A stretch of DNA of 64,000 bases from Chiloscyllium plagiosum (GCF_004010195.1 NC_057720.1:3381216-3445215), one strand, 5' to 3'; shown: positions 37,201 to 50,375, numbered from the stretch's first letter. Numbers and translations are program-made. The notes: generated by a model from the letters alone, not told the origin.

Positions 37201-37243
37201 ACTTCACAATCAACTTTTTGTTAATCATGAAGCTCACATTATT

Positions 37244-37485
37244 ATTATTATTAGATTCCCTACAGTATGGAAACAGGCCATTTGGCCCACATCAACTCTC
37301 CGAAGAGTTATCCACCCAGATCCATTCCCCTATCCTATATTCACTCCTGACTAATGCACCTAACATTATGGACAATTTAGCATGGCCAATTCACCTAACC
37401 TGCAAATCATTGGACTATGAAAGGAAACCAGAGCACCCAGAGGAAACCCATGCAGACACAGGGAGAATGTGCACACTCCATACAT
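37244..37485 (-). mobile_element. HE1/V-SINE-like SINE, 5'-truncated
   Basis: gaaaccagagcacccagaggaaacccatgcagacacagggagaatgtgc. Confidence 0.8.
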
Positions 37486-38704
37486 TGTGCATCCTACCTG
37501 ATTACATATCCCCTTCTGCCTTGTTTCCCACTTCTGGGATCTTCACAGGGTTCAGCCCAGTGTTTCAATCAATGACCATTCAGCAACTCATGTTTGATAA
37601 CTGATCTGCAAAAACATAATGAAATGTTTATCACTTTGAAGGTGTTAAAAATAAATTCACATTGTTAATCAGTTACTGACTAAAGAATTTTAGCTTTTAA
37701 TAACAATTGACAGAAGCCACTTGATCACTTTTAATTCCAGATTTTATTGAGTTTAAATTTTACGATCTGCCACAGTGGGATTCGAACACATTACGGAGTA
37801 ATTCATTTTGACTGAAGTGATTGGCAGTCCTGTGTGAGAGGGAATAAATGCTATGGAAATGCAGAGCTTTTCTGGAAAATGAGCTTCTAATACAATCCAA
37901 TTTCAAGTGTGACTTTATTTGGGAAGATATTATCAGCCATATTGCATGGCATTTTAAAGACTCAAATTATTCTGAAATTAAAAGTCTTTTAATCAGTTAA
38001 TTTATGATGTTTACCATGTCTTTGAAATTACAACTGTGCTACAGGGAAGTAATTACTTCTCATTGCCACCATCCTGTCGTCATTAGTTGCCAAATAATCT
38101 GTTTTGGTGTTGGCTTTTAGTTTGTACCATTAAATACCCTGGAGATTTGGATGGACTGTTTTCAATATATTTAGTCATCTTCTTTTGTGACGATCAGGCA
38201 GCATCTCTGGAATTAAGAAAGATGGAATTTTCAGGTGCGTCTATCTTGAGTTCAAAATTCTAGGAAGCCACCTTTCTAATTGCATTTCTGTGCTTTGATG
38301 GTAAGGCTGGCTCCTGAGGCTACAGACCCAATTCTTCACATTCTTTCACAAAGTGTGAGTGGACAAATCCCATCAACAAATAAAACAAAATAAATATTCT
38401 GTAGATGATTAAACCTCAAACCATCAAGGTCATGACCTGGACGTAGTCCCATCTCTCCATTAAAAACCAGACATTAAAATCAGGTGATATTCTTCCCTTC
38501 ATCATCTTGGCTGTCTGACAGTCTTCCCCTCTTTTCAATTCTTCATGGGATGTGGAGATTACTAGCAACACCATCATTTAGTGTCCAACCCTACTTGCCC
38601 AGAGATCAATTCAGAATTAACCACACTACTGTGGGTCAAATCACGTGTAGGCTAGACCAGGTAAGGATGGCAGATTTCCTTCACTAAAGGATATTAGATA
38701 TTAC

Positions 38705-38985
38705 TTCTGGAATTTACATATGAAAGAACTGAAACCAACATGTCCATTCTAAAAGGTGAGAGACTTTAGAAACAATCCAATTTTTCAATATATAATTTCA
38801 GTTACATATTACTGTAAAATTTTACTATAAATTCTGTGTCCTATGATCTTATACTCCACAACCACCTGATGAAGGAGCAGCTCTCCGAAAGCCAGTGCTT
38901 CCAAACAAACCTGTTGGACTGTAACTTGGTGTTGTGTGATTTTTAACTTAGTACACCCCCATCCAACATCGGCACCTCCAAATCT
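38705..38985 (+). mobile_element. PLE-derived family B unit with hammerhead motif (38863-38897)
   Basis: Homologous to 13740-13909; cac ctgatga a ggag-cagct-ctcc gaaa gc ca gtg. Confidence 0.8.
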
Positions 38986-39245
38986 TCAATAAACAGGTTG
39001 ATTTAGATCCCATCTAACATCCCTTAAAAAAAAGAACCGGAAATGACACCACTCACCTTAAGAAAACAAGACCGATAAATAGAGAGGCGGGCACCACTCA
39101 CCTTAAGAAAACAAGACCGATAAATAGAGAGGCGGGACATACCACCAGTGCTTCACTGGAGACTCTTACTGATGATGTTACCTAGTATGGTGACAAAACA
39201 TCTGAAAACAAATCTTCCAGCTCAGTGAGCTAACTTACATACTTA
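38985..39245 (+). mobile_element. Penelope family D 3' end with CpG-decayed hammerhead and a perfect 45-bp tandem duplication (39047-39136)
   Basis: ctgatgatgttacctagtatggtgacaaaacatc at 39169; similar to the reverse complement of 45780-46000. Confidence 0.7.
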
Positions 39246-39352
39246 CAATTTAAAATATTTCAAAACACACAGCAAAAGTACAATATTCCACCTATCCCAA
39301 CAGCATTCCATTCCATTACTCAAATACCAGAGATAACTCCGTTCTCTATCAG

Positions 39353-40067
39353 AATGGTAAGGTCCTAGGGAGTGTTGCTGAACAGAGAGACCTTAGAGTG
39401 CAGATTCATTGTTCCTTGAAAGTAGAGTCGCAGGTAGATAAGATAGTGAAGATATGCTTTCCTTTATTAGTCAGAGCATCGAATACAGGAGTTGGGAGGT
39501 CATGTTGCAGCTGTACAGGACATTGGTTAGGCCGCTTTTGGAATGTTGCGTGCAATTCTGGTCTCCTTCCTGTCAGAAGGATGTTGTGAAACTTGAAAGG
39601 GTTCAGAAAAGATTTACAAGGATGTTGCCAGGGTTGGAAGATTTGAGCTTTAGGGAGAGGCTGAATAGGCTGGGCTGTTTTCCCTGGAGCGTCGGAGGCT
39701 GAGGGGTGACTTTATAGAGGTTTAAAAAGTCATGAGGGGCATGAGTAGGATAAATAGACAAAGTCTTTTCCCTGGGGTGGGGGAGTCCAGAATTAGAGGG
39801 CATAGGTTTAGGGTGAGAGGGTAAAGATATAAAAGGGAACTAAGGGGCAACTTTTTCACTCAGAGGGTGGTACGTGTATGGAATGAGTTGCCAGAGGAAG
39901 TGGTGGAGGCTGGTAAAATTACAATATTTAAAAGGCATTGAGATGGATATATGAATGGGAAAGGTTTGGAAGGATATGGGCCAAATGCTGGCAAATAGGA
40001 CTAGACCAGATTAGGATATCTGGTCGGCGTGGATGGGTTTCCATGCAGTACATCTCTCTGACTCTAT
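39353..40067 (+). mobile_element. CR1 3' fragment
   Basis: ORF 39454-39702 (LVRPLLECCVQFWSP). Confidence 0.9.
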
Positions 40068-40099
40068 ATCTATTGGTTTTGCTTAATTGGTGCTTTCAA

Positions 40100-40250
40100 C
40101 AAAAGCCCTTCATCAGGATTCCTGATGAAGGGCTTTTGCCCAAAATGTCACTTATTCTGCTCCTTGGATGCTGCCTGACCTGCTGTGCTTTTCCAGCACC
40201 ACTCTACTCTAGACTCTGATTTCCAGCATCTGCAGTCCTCACTTTTGCCA
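40100..40250 (+). mobile_element. PLE-derived family A unit starting with a perfect 39-bp palindrome
   Basis: caaaagcccttcatcagga-t-tcctgatgaagggcttttg at 40100-40138. Confidence 0.8.
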
Positions 40251-41510
40251 CAGTGAAACGCTTTGTCTTGCGAGCAATACAGGCAGATTACAGAGTTAAG
40301 ACCATAAGACCATAAGAAATAGGAGTGGAAGCATAGATAGTAAATAGTTGGTAAACAACGGCAAAAACAAAAACACAGGTACAGGCAAACGTTAAGAGTT
40401 TGTGAGTCCATTCAATATTCTAACAACAGTAGGGTAGAAACTGTTTCGAAACCGGTTGGTGCATGTGTTGAGGCTTCTGTACCTTCTTGCTGGTGGTAGA
40501 GGTTGTAGAAAAGCATTGTCAGGTTGGGATGGATCTTTGAGAATGCTGGCGGCCATTCCTTGACAGCGGGCCTGGTAGATGAAAGGTCGGCCTTTCTGAT
40601 TGTCCGGGCCTAGTTCCCCACCACTCTCTGTAATCATCTCCGATCTTGAATGGTACAGTTGCCATACCAGGTAGTGATACATCCAGACAGAATGCTCTCG
40701 ATGGCGCACCTATAAAGGTTGGCAAGGGTATTCACCATCATGCCAAATTTCCTTAGCTGCCTGAGGAAGAAGAGATGTTGTTGGACCTTTGTAACCAGTG
40801 CATCCACATGAAGAGTCCAAGAAAGCTTGTTATGGATGACCACTCCCAGGACCTTGACACTCTCCACTCATTCCACCTCCGTGCTGTTAACGTGTAGGGT
40901 GAGGGGGGGCATGAGTAACATCCTGCTGAATGTCAATAATGGGTTCCTTGGTTTTGTTGGCATTGAGAGCTCAGTGCACCATTTTTCCAGGTCTTCCACC
41001 TCCCATCTATAGTCCGTTTCGTCTCCATTTGAGATTCGACCGACTATGGTGGTGTCATCAGCAAACTTGTAAATGGCATTAGTCTGGTATTTGGCAATGC
41101 AGTCATGGGTATACAGTGAGTGCAGTAGGGGGCTGAATGCACACCCTTGTGGGGGTCCAGTGTTGAGTTTTAGTGAGGATGAAATATTGTCTCCAGTCTT
41201 CACTGATTGTGACCTGTGCGTCAGGAAACTGAGGATCCTGTTGCAGAGAGTGGGGCGTTAGTCTGAGATCACGAAGTTTAGTAATCAGTCTTGAGGGGAT
41301 AATGGTGTTGAAGGCTGAACTGTAGTCAATGAGTAGGATTCTTGCGTAGCTGTTCATGGTGTCAAGATGTTCTCGGGAGGAGTGAAGGGCAAGTGATATG
41401 GCATCTGACATGGATCTGTTGGTCCGATAGGCAAATTGGAGTGGGTCAAGTGTAGTGGGGAGGCTGCAGTTGACTAATGCCATGACCAGCCTTTCAAAGC
41501 ACTTCATGAC
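40251..41510 (-). mobile_element. Rex1/Babar LINE, 5'-truncated in RT (copy A)
   Basis: ORFs 41103-41513 ([26 protein letters not shown]), 40868-41203 (PQGC, KFADDTT) and 40634-40867. Confidence 0.92.
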
Positions 41511-43121
41511 CACCGAATTTGCTAGCAGCTGTTCTGAACTAACTCCTTTCTCTAAGGATTTCCATATATCTAACTTTAATCAGGATCTCTGCAAACTGAA
41601 ACCAAAAGCTTTCCAAGCTATGGGTGTTCCCTCTAAAAAAAAATCAATTCCTCATTTCTCTAACTGAAACCAGGCTAATGCTCTAACTCTGGTTTACCTG
41701 CCTGCTTGTAAAACTCCCCTTGCCCAAAGATTCATGTATCACTCTAGGAATTCTCTGTCTCATGCTGGTTTCAAAAATAGCCAGGGCTCCTGAAATACTG
41801 ACAAGTCAATTATTAAAACCTTTCATAAACACCGACTAAAGTCCACTTGCCACCAGTTCAAAATCCGAATATTCAGATAAGTAATATTTGTGTGTGTGCA
41901 TGGGTGTGCATACTTTGTACAGCTTACTTCAGAGTAGTCACAAAAGCTGTAGCATTTTTAGATAAAGAAGTTTATTACACAAAAAACAAACTACATAAAT
42001 AAAGAAGACAGTTTCGAAAAACATTTTTAATCTCCTTCCTACCAACATTCCCCGAGGTCACCAGCTCATCTGACAATTGTCAACTCCACTTTTTTGCCCT
42101 TGATTAAAAATTTGTCTATCTCAGCCTTGAATATACTAATGACCCAGACTCAACAGCCCTCTGTGGTCAAGAAGTCCACAGATTTACTCCCTCTGAGAGA
42201 ACAAATCCCTCCTCATATTTTCTTTAAATGTGCTACTCCTTATTTTTAGATTATGCTACTCTCCTACTTGGGAAACAACCACTCCATATCTACCCTGTGG
42301 AGTCCCCTCAAAATCCTGTATGTTTCAGTAAGGTCGCTTCTCTTTCTTCTGAATTACAATTTGTGCAGGTCGAATCTATTCAACTTCTCCTCATAAGACA
42401 ATACCTGGTATCAACTTAGTGAACCTTCTCTGGGCTGCCTCCAGTGCCAGTGTACCTTTCCTTTAATAAGGGGCCCAAAACTGTTCACAGCATTCTGACT
42501 ATTGTCTGATGAGGGCCTGGTATATGCTTAGCAAGGTCTCCCTACTTTTATGCTCCATTCATTTTGAAATAAAGGCTAATATTTTACTGATTGAAGAGAG
42601 GATAGTGAAGAAGGCATTTGGTACGCTTTCCTTTATTGGTCAGAGTATTGAATACAGGAGTTGGGAGGTCATGTTGCGGCTGTACAGGACATTGGATAGG
42701 CTACTGTTGGAAAATTGCATGCAATTCTGGTCTCCTNNNNNNNNNNNNNNNNNNNNNNNNNNNNNNNNNNNNNNNNNNNNNNNNNNNNNNNNNNNNNNNN
42801 NNNNNNNNNNNNNNNNNNNNNNNNNNNNNNNNNNNNNNNNNNNNNNNNNNNNNNNNNNNNNNNNNNNNNNNNNNNNNNNNNNNNNNNNNNNNNNNNNNNN
42901 NNNNNNNNNNNNNNNNNNNNNNNNNNNNNNNNNNNNNNNNNNNNNNNNNNNNNNNNNNNNNNNNNNNNNNNNNNNNNNNNNNNNNNNNNNNNNNNNNNNN
43001 NNNNNNNNNNNNNNNNNNNNNNNNNNNNNNNNNNNNNNNNNNNNNNNNNNNNNNNNNNNNNNNNNNNNNNNNNNNNNNNNNNNNNNNNNNNNNNNNNNNN
43101 NNNNNNNNNNNNNNNNNNNNN

Positions 43122-43592
43122 GTATAGGAGTTGGGAGGTCATGTTGCGGCAGTACAGGACATTGGTTAGGCCACTGTTGGAATATTGCGTGCATTTCTGG
43201 TCTCCTTCCTATCGGAAAGATGTTGTGAAACTTGAAAGGGTTCAATTAAGGTTTACAAGGATGTTGCCAGAGTTGGAGCATTTGAGCTATAGTGAGAGGT
43301 TGAATAGGCTGGAGCTGTTTTCCCTGGAGCATCAGAGGCTGAGGGGTGACCTTATAGAGGTTTATTAAATCATGAGGGGCATGGATAGGATAAATAGACA
43401 AAATCTTTTCCCTGTGGCGGGGGAATCCAGAACTAGAGGGCATAGGTTTAGAGTGAGAGGGGAAAGATAAAGAAGAGATCTAAGGGGCAACCCTTCCATG
43501 CAGAGGGTGCTACATGTATGGAAGGAGCTGCCAGAGGAAGTGGTGGAGGCTGCACAATTGCAACATTTAAAAGGCATCTGGATGGGTATATG
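43122..43592 (+). mobile_element. CR1 3' fragment ending at the Rex1 (AATTG)n tail
   Basis: LVRPLLEYCVHFWSP; junction gggtatatgaat|tgaattgaatt. Confidence 0.85.
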
Positions 43593-45270
43593 AATTGAAT
43601 TGAATTAAATTGAATTGAATTTATTGTCACGTGTACCGAGGCACAGTGAAAAGCTTTGTTTTGCAAGCAGTACAGGCAGATCACATAGTTAAGGAGCATA
43701 GATAGTAAATAGTAGGTAAACATTGGCAAAAACAAAAACACAGGTACAGGCGAACGTTAAGAGTTTGTGAGTCCATTCAATATTCTAACAACAGTAGGGT
43801 AGAAACCGTTTCGAAACCGGTTGGTGCATGCGTTGAGGCTTCTGTACCTTCTTGCTGGTGGTAGAGGTTGTAGAAAAGCATTGTCAGGTTGGGATGGATC
43901 TTTCAGAATGCTGGCGGCCTTTCCTTGACTGTGGGCCTGGTAATTGGATTCTATAGATGGGAGGTTGGCATTTCTGATTGTCCGGGCCTAGTTCACCACT
44001 CTCTGTAACCATCTCCAATTTTGACTGGTACAGTTGCCATGCAAGGTAGTGATACATCCAGGCAGAATGCTCTCAATGGCACACCTATAAAAGTTGGCAA
44101 GGGTATTCACCGTCATGCCAAATTTGCTCAGCTGCCTGAGGAAGAAGAGACGTTATTGGGCCTTTGTAACCAGTGCGTCCACATGGAGAGTCCAAGAAAG
44201 CTTGTTGTGGATGACCACTCCCAGGACCATGACACTCTCCACTCGTTCCACCTCTGTGCTGTTAATGTGTGGTGGTGGGGGGGCATGAGTAACATCCCAC
44301 CAAACGTCAATAATGGGTTCCTTGGTTTTGTTGGCATTGAGAGCTAGGTTGTTCTCAGTGCAATATTTTTCCAGGTCTTCCACCTTCCGTCTGTAGTCCG
44401 TTTCGTCACCATTTGAGATTCAACCAACTATGGTGGTGTCATCAGCGAACTTGTCAATGGCATTAGTCTGGTATTTGGCAACGCAGTCATGGGTGTACAG
44501 TGAGTACAGTAGGGGTCTGAATACGCACCTCTGGGGTCTCCAGTGTTGAGTTTTAGTGAGGATGAAATATTGTCTCCAGTTTTCACTGATTTTGGCCTGT
44601 GTGTCAGGAAACTGAGGATCCAGTTGCAGAGAGTGGGGTTTAGTCTGAGATCACAAAGTTTAGTAATCAGTCTCGAGCGGATAATAGTGTTGAAGGCTGA
44701 ACTGTAGTCAATGAGTAGGATTCTTACGTAGCTGTTCTTGGTGTCAAGATGCTCTAGGGAGGAATGAAGGGCAAGTGATATGGCGTATAAGATTATTAAA
44801 GGATTGGACACTCTGGAGGCAGGAAACATGTTTCCGCTGATGGGTGAGTCCTGAACCAGAGGATACAGCTTAAAAATAAGGGGTAGGCCATTTAGGACAG
44901 AGATGAGGAGAAACTTCTTCACCCAGAGAGTGGTGGGTGTGTGGAATGCTTTGCCCCAGAAGGCAGTGAAGGCCCAGTCTCTGGATTCGTTTAAGTAAGA
45001 GTAGGATAGAGCTCTCAAGAATAGTGGAATCAAGGGTCATAGAGATAAGGCAGGAACAGGATACTGATTGAGGATGATCAGCCATGATCATAATGAATGG
45101 TGGTGCAGGCTCGAAGGGCAGAATGGCCTACTCCTGCACCTATTGTCTATTGCCTATTGTCTATCTGACGTGGATCTGTTGGTCCAATAGGCAAATTGGA
45201 GTGGGTCAAGTGTAGTGGGGAGGCTGGAGTTGACTAATGCCATGACCAGCCTTTCAAAGCACTTCATAAC
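43592..45270 (-). mobile_element. Rex1/Babar LINE (copy B) with nested CR1
   Basis: ORFs 44153-44383 and 44428-45033 (DYSSAFNTI); (AATTG)n tail. Confidence 0.92.
44785..45162 (+). mobile_element. CR1 subfamily 3' end present only in copy B
   Basis: Copy A reads atggc|atctgac uninterrupted; tail ctattgtctattgcctattgtct. Confidence 0.85.
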
Positions 45271-45806
45271 CACCGAATTTGCTAGCAGCTGTTCTGAACT
45301 AACTCCTTTCTCTAAGGAGTTCCATATATCTAACTTTAATCAGGATCTCTGCAAACTGAAACCAAAAGCTTTCCAAGCTATGGGTGTTCCTTCTAAAAAA
45401 AATCAATTCCTCATTTCTCTAACTGAAACCAGGCTAATACTCTAACTCTGGTTTACCTGCCTGCTTGTAAACCTCTCCCCTTGCCCAAAGATTCATGTAT
45501 CACTCTAGGAATTCTCTGTCTCATGCTGGTTTCAAAAATAGCCAAAGCTCCTGAAATACTGACAAGTCAATTATTAAAACCTTTCATAAACACCGACCAA
45601 AGTCCACTTGCCACCAGTCCAAAATCCGAATACTCAGATAAGTAATATTTGCGTGTATGCATATGTGTGCATAATTTGCACAGCTTACTTCAGAGTACTC
45701 ACAAAAGCTGCATTTTTTTAGATAAAGAAGTTTATTACACAAAAAAAACTACATAAATAAAGAAGTCAGGGGTTTAGGTTTGCTCGCTGAGCTGTAGGTT
45801 TGATAT

Positions 45807-45846
45807 CCAGACGTTTCATTACCTGGCTAGGTAACATCATCAGTGG
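45807..45846 (-). ncRNA. Minimal type-I hammerhead ribozyme motif, family D
   Basis: Reverse complement reads CCA CTGATGA T GTTACC-TAGCCA-GGTAAT GAAA CG TC TGG, with CCA/TGG stem I. Confidence 0.8.
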
Positions 45847-46020
45847 CGACCTTCAAGTGAAGCGAAGCTGTTGTCTCCTGCTTTCTATTTATATGTTTGT
45901 CCTGGATGGGGTTCCTGGGGTTTGTGGTGATGTCATTTCCTGTTCATTTTCTGAGGGGTTGATAGATGTCATCTAGATCTATGTGTTTGTTTATGGCGTT
46001 GCGGTTGGAGTGCCAGGCCT

Positions 46021-46254
46021 CTAGGAATTCTCTGGCATGTCTTTGCTTAGCCTGTCCCAGGATAGATGTGTTGTCCCAGTCGAAATGGTGGTTTTTTCTG
46101 CCGTGTGTAGGGCTACGAGGGAGAGAGGGTCGTGTCTTTTAGTGGCTCGCTGGTGTTCGTGTATCCTGGTGGCTAACTTTCTTCCTGTTTGCCCTACGTA
46201 GTGCTTGTGGCAGTCCTTGCATGGAATTTTGTAGATGACGTTGGTTTTGTCCAT
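46021..46254 (-). pseudogene. GIY-YIG endonuclease fragment of the Penelope element
   Basis: NVIYKIPCKDCHKHYVGQTGRKLATRIHEH, then a frameshift. Confidence 0.9.
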
Positions 46255-47004
46255 GGGTTGTACTGGGTCTTTTAAGTTTGTTAGTTTTTGTTTGATATCT
46301 GGATATCAAACCTACAGCTCAGCGAGCAAACCTACACCCTAAAGCTCAACCTGAGCTACAAACCTTCACAAACCTTGCAATAAAGAAGAGAGTTTAGAAA
46401 AATGTTAAAATAAACAGCAAAACAAAGTTTTTAACCTCCTTCCCACCAACATTCCCCGAGATCACCAGCTCATCTGACAATTGTCAACTCCACTTTTTTG
46501 CCCTTGATTAAAAATTTGTCTATCTCAGCCTTGAATATACTAATGACCCAGACTCAACAGCCCTCTGTGGTCAAGAAGTCCACAGATTTACTACCCTCTG
46601 AGAGAACAAATCCCTCCTCATATTTTCTTTAAATGTGCTACTCCTTATTTTTAGATTATGCTACTCTCCTACTTGGGAAACAACCACTCCATATCTACCC
46701 TGTGGAGTCCCCTCAAAATCCTGTATGTTTCAGTAAGGTCGCTTCTCTTTCTTCTGAATTACAATTTGTGCAGGTCGAATCTACTCAACTTCTCCTCATA
46801 AGACAGTCCCTTTATACCTGGTATCAACTTAGTGAACCTTCTCTGGGCTGCCTCCAGTGCCAGTGTACCTTTCCTTTAATAAGGGGCCCAAAACTGTTCA
46901 CAGCATTCTGACTATTGTCTGATGAGGGCCTGGTATATGCTTAGCAAGGTCTCCCTACTTTTATGCTCCATTCATTTTGAAATAAAGGCTAATATTTTAC
47001 TGAT

Positions 47005-47668
47005 TGAAGATAAGGTAGTGAAGAAGGCGTTTGGTACGCTTTCCTTTATTGGTCAGAGTATTGAATACAGGAGTTGGGAGGTCATGTTGCGGCTATACAG
47101 CACATTGGTTAGGCTACTGTTGGACAATTGCATGCAATTCTGGTCTCCTTCCTATCGGAAAGATGTTGTGAAACTTGAAAGGATTCAGAAAAGTAATACA
47201 AGGATGTTGCCAGGGTTGGAGGATTTGAGCTATAGGAAGAGGTTGAACAGGCTGGGGCCGTTTTCCCTGGAGCGTCGGAGGCTGAGGGATGACTTTATAG
47301 AGGTTTACAAAATTATGAGGGGCATGGATAGGGTAAATAGGCAACCTCCTTTCCCTGGGGTGGGGAAGTCCAGAATTAGACTGCGTGGTTTCGGGTGAGA
47401 GGGTAAAGATATAAAAGGGAACTGCGGGGCAACATTTTCACACAGAGGGTGGTACGTGTATGGAATGAGCTGCCAGAGGAAGTGGCGGAGGCTGGTACAA
47501 TTGCAACATTTAAAAGGCATTTGGATGGGTATATGAATAGGAAAGGGTTTGGAGGGATATGGGCTGGATACTGGCAGGTGGGACTAGATTGGAGTGGGAT
47601 ATCTGGTCAGCATGGACGGGTTGGACCGAAGGGTCTGTTTCCATGCTGTACATCTCTATGACTCTATG
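47005..47668 (+). mobile_element. CR1 3' fragment
   Basis: CR1 part of ORF 46922-47398; tail ctctatgactctatga. Confidence 0.9.
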
Positions 47669-47934
47669 ATTGTCCCTGTTATCCGCTAAACTTGGATGAT
47701 AGCCTTTTGAGATTCATGAACATGGGCTCCCAAATCCCTACATGCTGCATATTTCTTCAGTCTTTCTCCATTTATGAAATATTCAGTTCCTTTATTCTTC
47801 CTGCCAAATTGCATAACCTCACATTTTCCTACATTATGTTATACTTGCCAAAATTTTACCTAATCACCTAACCTGCCTGTATCTGTCTGCAGAGTCTTTG
47901 TGCCATCCTCAACACATGCCTTCTCACCTTTTTT

Positions 47935-48290
47935 TTTCTTTATTCATTCACGGGATGAGGTCATCACTGGCTCAGCAGCATTTATTGCCCATCCCTAATT
48001 GCCCAGAGCGCATTTGTGAGTCAACTACATTGCTGTTGGTCTGGAGTCACTTGTAGGCCAGAGCAGGTAAGGATGACAGACTTCCTTCCCTAAAGGACAT
48101 TAGTGAACCAGATGGGTTATTCTGGCAATTGGCAATGGATTCATTGTAGTCATTAGATTCCTAATTCCAGATATTTATTGAATACACATTCAACCATCTG
48201 CTGTAGCATGATTCAAAACCAGGTCCCTGAATGTTTTCTGGGTCTCTGGATTAACAGTCCAGCGATAATACCACTAGGCAATAATTCCCC
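47935..48290 (-). mobile_element. tRNA-headed SINE with L2-like tail
   Basis: Reverse-complement homologue of 36846-37200; nested in an old CR1. Confidence 0.75.
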
Positions 48291-49419
48291 ATCTAGTCCC
48301 CTATTTTAATTTCATCTGCAAACGTGGCTTCAGTACATTCACTAAAATATTTTGTAAATGTTTGAGGCTCCAGCACTGATCCCTTTGGCTCTCCATTAGT
48401 TACTGTTCAGAAGGACTCTCTGAACTGCTTTTTCACTGAAACGAACACCCACAACTCCGACACCGATATTAAGGTATATGGAGTCAAGGTAAGCACAAGA
48501 TCTGTCCTTTCCCTTGCTATCACTTTGTGAGCCCTATCTAGAAGCGTTGAAGCTAGCCAAGAATTCTAACATAAGGCAGTTGTGATCTTTGTCACTGAAG
48601 ACTTTTTAAATTATTTGTTCACAGGATGTGGATATTACCGGTTACGCCAGCACTTATTTCATATCATTAATTGTCCTTGTGAAGGTGGTGATGAGATGCC
48701 TTCCTGAATTAAAATAGTCATTGGGATGTTGGGATACCCACAGTGCTGTTAGGAAGGCAATTCCAGGATTTTGATCCAGATTGATTTGGATGTAACTATA
48801 ACTAACAATTATATCATAATACATAATTTATTTTTAAGAAAGCAGTAATATTTCCCTCTGCTGCACAAGGAATTTTCAAAACTGATTTCAAGAAACCAGG
48901 AAAGAAAGTTCATTTGGCTAATTCACCAGACTGAAGATTATTTAAACTGAAAGAGGAAATGATGATATGACATGAGGTCTTGTTCTCTTCATTTCCATTG
49001 CCTCTGGTCTTTTATCTGTTGATGCAACAACTATGGCTCTCAAAAAGAAACTTGAGTAATAACTAGTAAGCAAGAATTTCACTACAGTTAATCATCAGAT
49101 TTCAATTAGGGAAGTGTCAATCACTACACATAAATGCACTACAATGCCAGATTATTCATAGAATTATGGAATCCCTACAGTGTGGAATGTGGCCAGGCAG
49201 TCCTAACCACTGAGCCACCATGCCGCCCATAAGATTAGTTTTGGAAACATCAGTTGCAGCATTTCTGGAACTATGTCATCACTTTAAACCCTCCAGTATG
49301 CATTTATTCAGGATGAATATGAAGCATGGATTTCAAACCTTTGGGAATGTCCTGGAGTGTCTAGAAATTAAGAATATAGAAACAGGAGAAGACCAGTGAG
49401 CTTGCTCTGCTATTTAATA

Positions 49420-50318
49420 GGTCCGTGACTGATTAACACACAGAGCCCTTTTGCCCACTGTACCACTCCATTTTTGATATTTTTGACTATGGACTAAAAT
49501 GGAGAAAAAAATAGACTGTTTTAAAACCTGTTTAAAACATTGTGGGAGGAATTGCTGCACTTTTAAAAGCAAGTTACTGAAATCTGTTCCATATGGCACC
49601 TATACTATTGGTTTTTTAGCAGTGGAGGAAGACGTTTACACTCACATACAGCATAGGTGGAGACAGGGGTGGCGGTGAGCAGAGTTAGATTTTCCTGTGA
49701 ACAAGTGGCTGATTGGTTTGTACAATTGTAACCAATCATGGATGCCACAACTCATCTGCCTGACTACAACTCTCTGATTCGTTTCTCGACAGCTGAACAG
49801 TTTGTGGGAGTGAACGATACAGGGAGAAGCCTTTGGACTACCAGAGGACAGGTGGTATGTGACTCTATTTTTCTCTCTGCAGTAAAAAATACCTGAAACC
49901 TGAAGAACGCTAGTTAATTTTTCATTTTTCCCACAGTTGCTGGAAACTATTGTCTTTAACCAGTAACTAAGAGACTTTGTAGGTAGTGCACCAATTGGCC
50001 AACACAACCTGTGAAGAAATGTAAGAAGTTGGAAAAAGTAGACAGAAGAACAGAATCTGTGTGTAGCAGTTCTAGAATGAGGCTTTGAGTTTAAAGAGTA
50101 CAGTGATATGTTAATAGTTCATAGCTGTGTACCTGCGATCAGCATATTTACATGTAACGAACATTAGTTCTTGTTAATTACAGGAACTTGGTGAGTGTTT
50201 TCTGTTAACTCACTTCCAAAAGACAAATAAAAAAGGACATACTCTATTTAACTCATTATTGTTTGGGGTGACCTCAGAGGTAGTGGGGTTTGAAAATCAA
50301 GACACCACACTCATAACC
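49420..50318. mobile_element. Possible solo LTR or unclassified insert
   Basis: Interrupts an old CR1 tail; contains opposed CCAAT boxes and AATAAA; ends ...cacactcataac. Confidence 0.3.
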
Positions 50319-50375
50319 CTTTATGCATTTGTAATCAGAAATCTATCAACCTCTACTTTAAATATACTCAAAGAT

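Larger units (their letters stand above)
45766..46378 (-). mobile_element. Penelope (Poseidon-like) 5'-truncated insert with inverted pseudo-LTR and 10-bp TSD; copy B only
   Basis: aataaagaag at 45756-45765 and 46379-46388; ~40-bp inverted repeat at 45771-45811 and 46298-46338. Confidence 0.9.
40251..47146. repeat. Local direct duplication: copy A 40251-42736, copy B ~43643-47146
   Basis: Both copies share the same Rex1 truncation junction (caccgaatttgctagc at ~41511 and ~45271), ~1 kb of downstream sequence and the same CR1/CR1 junction. Confidence 0.9.
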
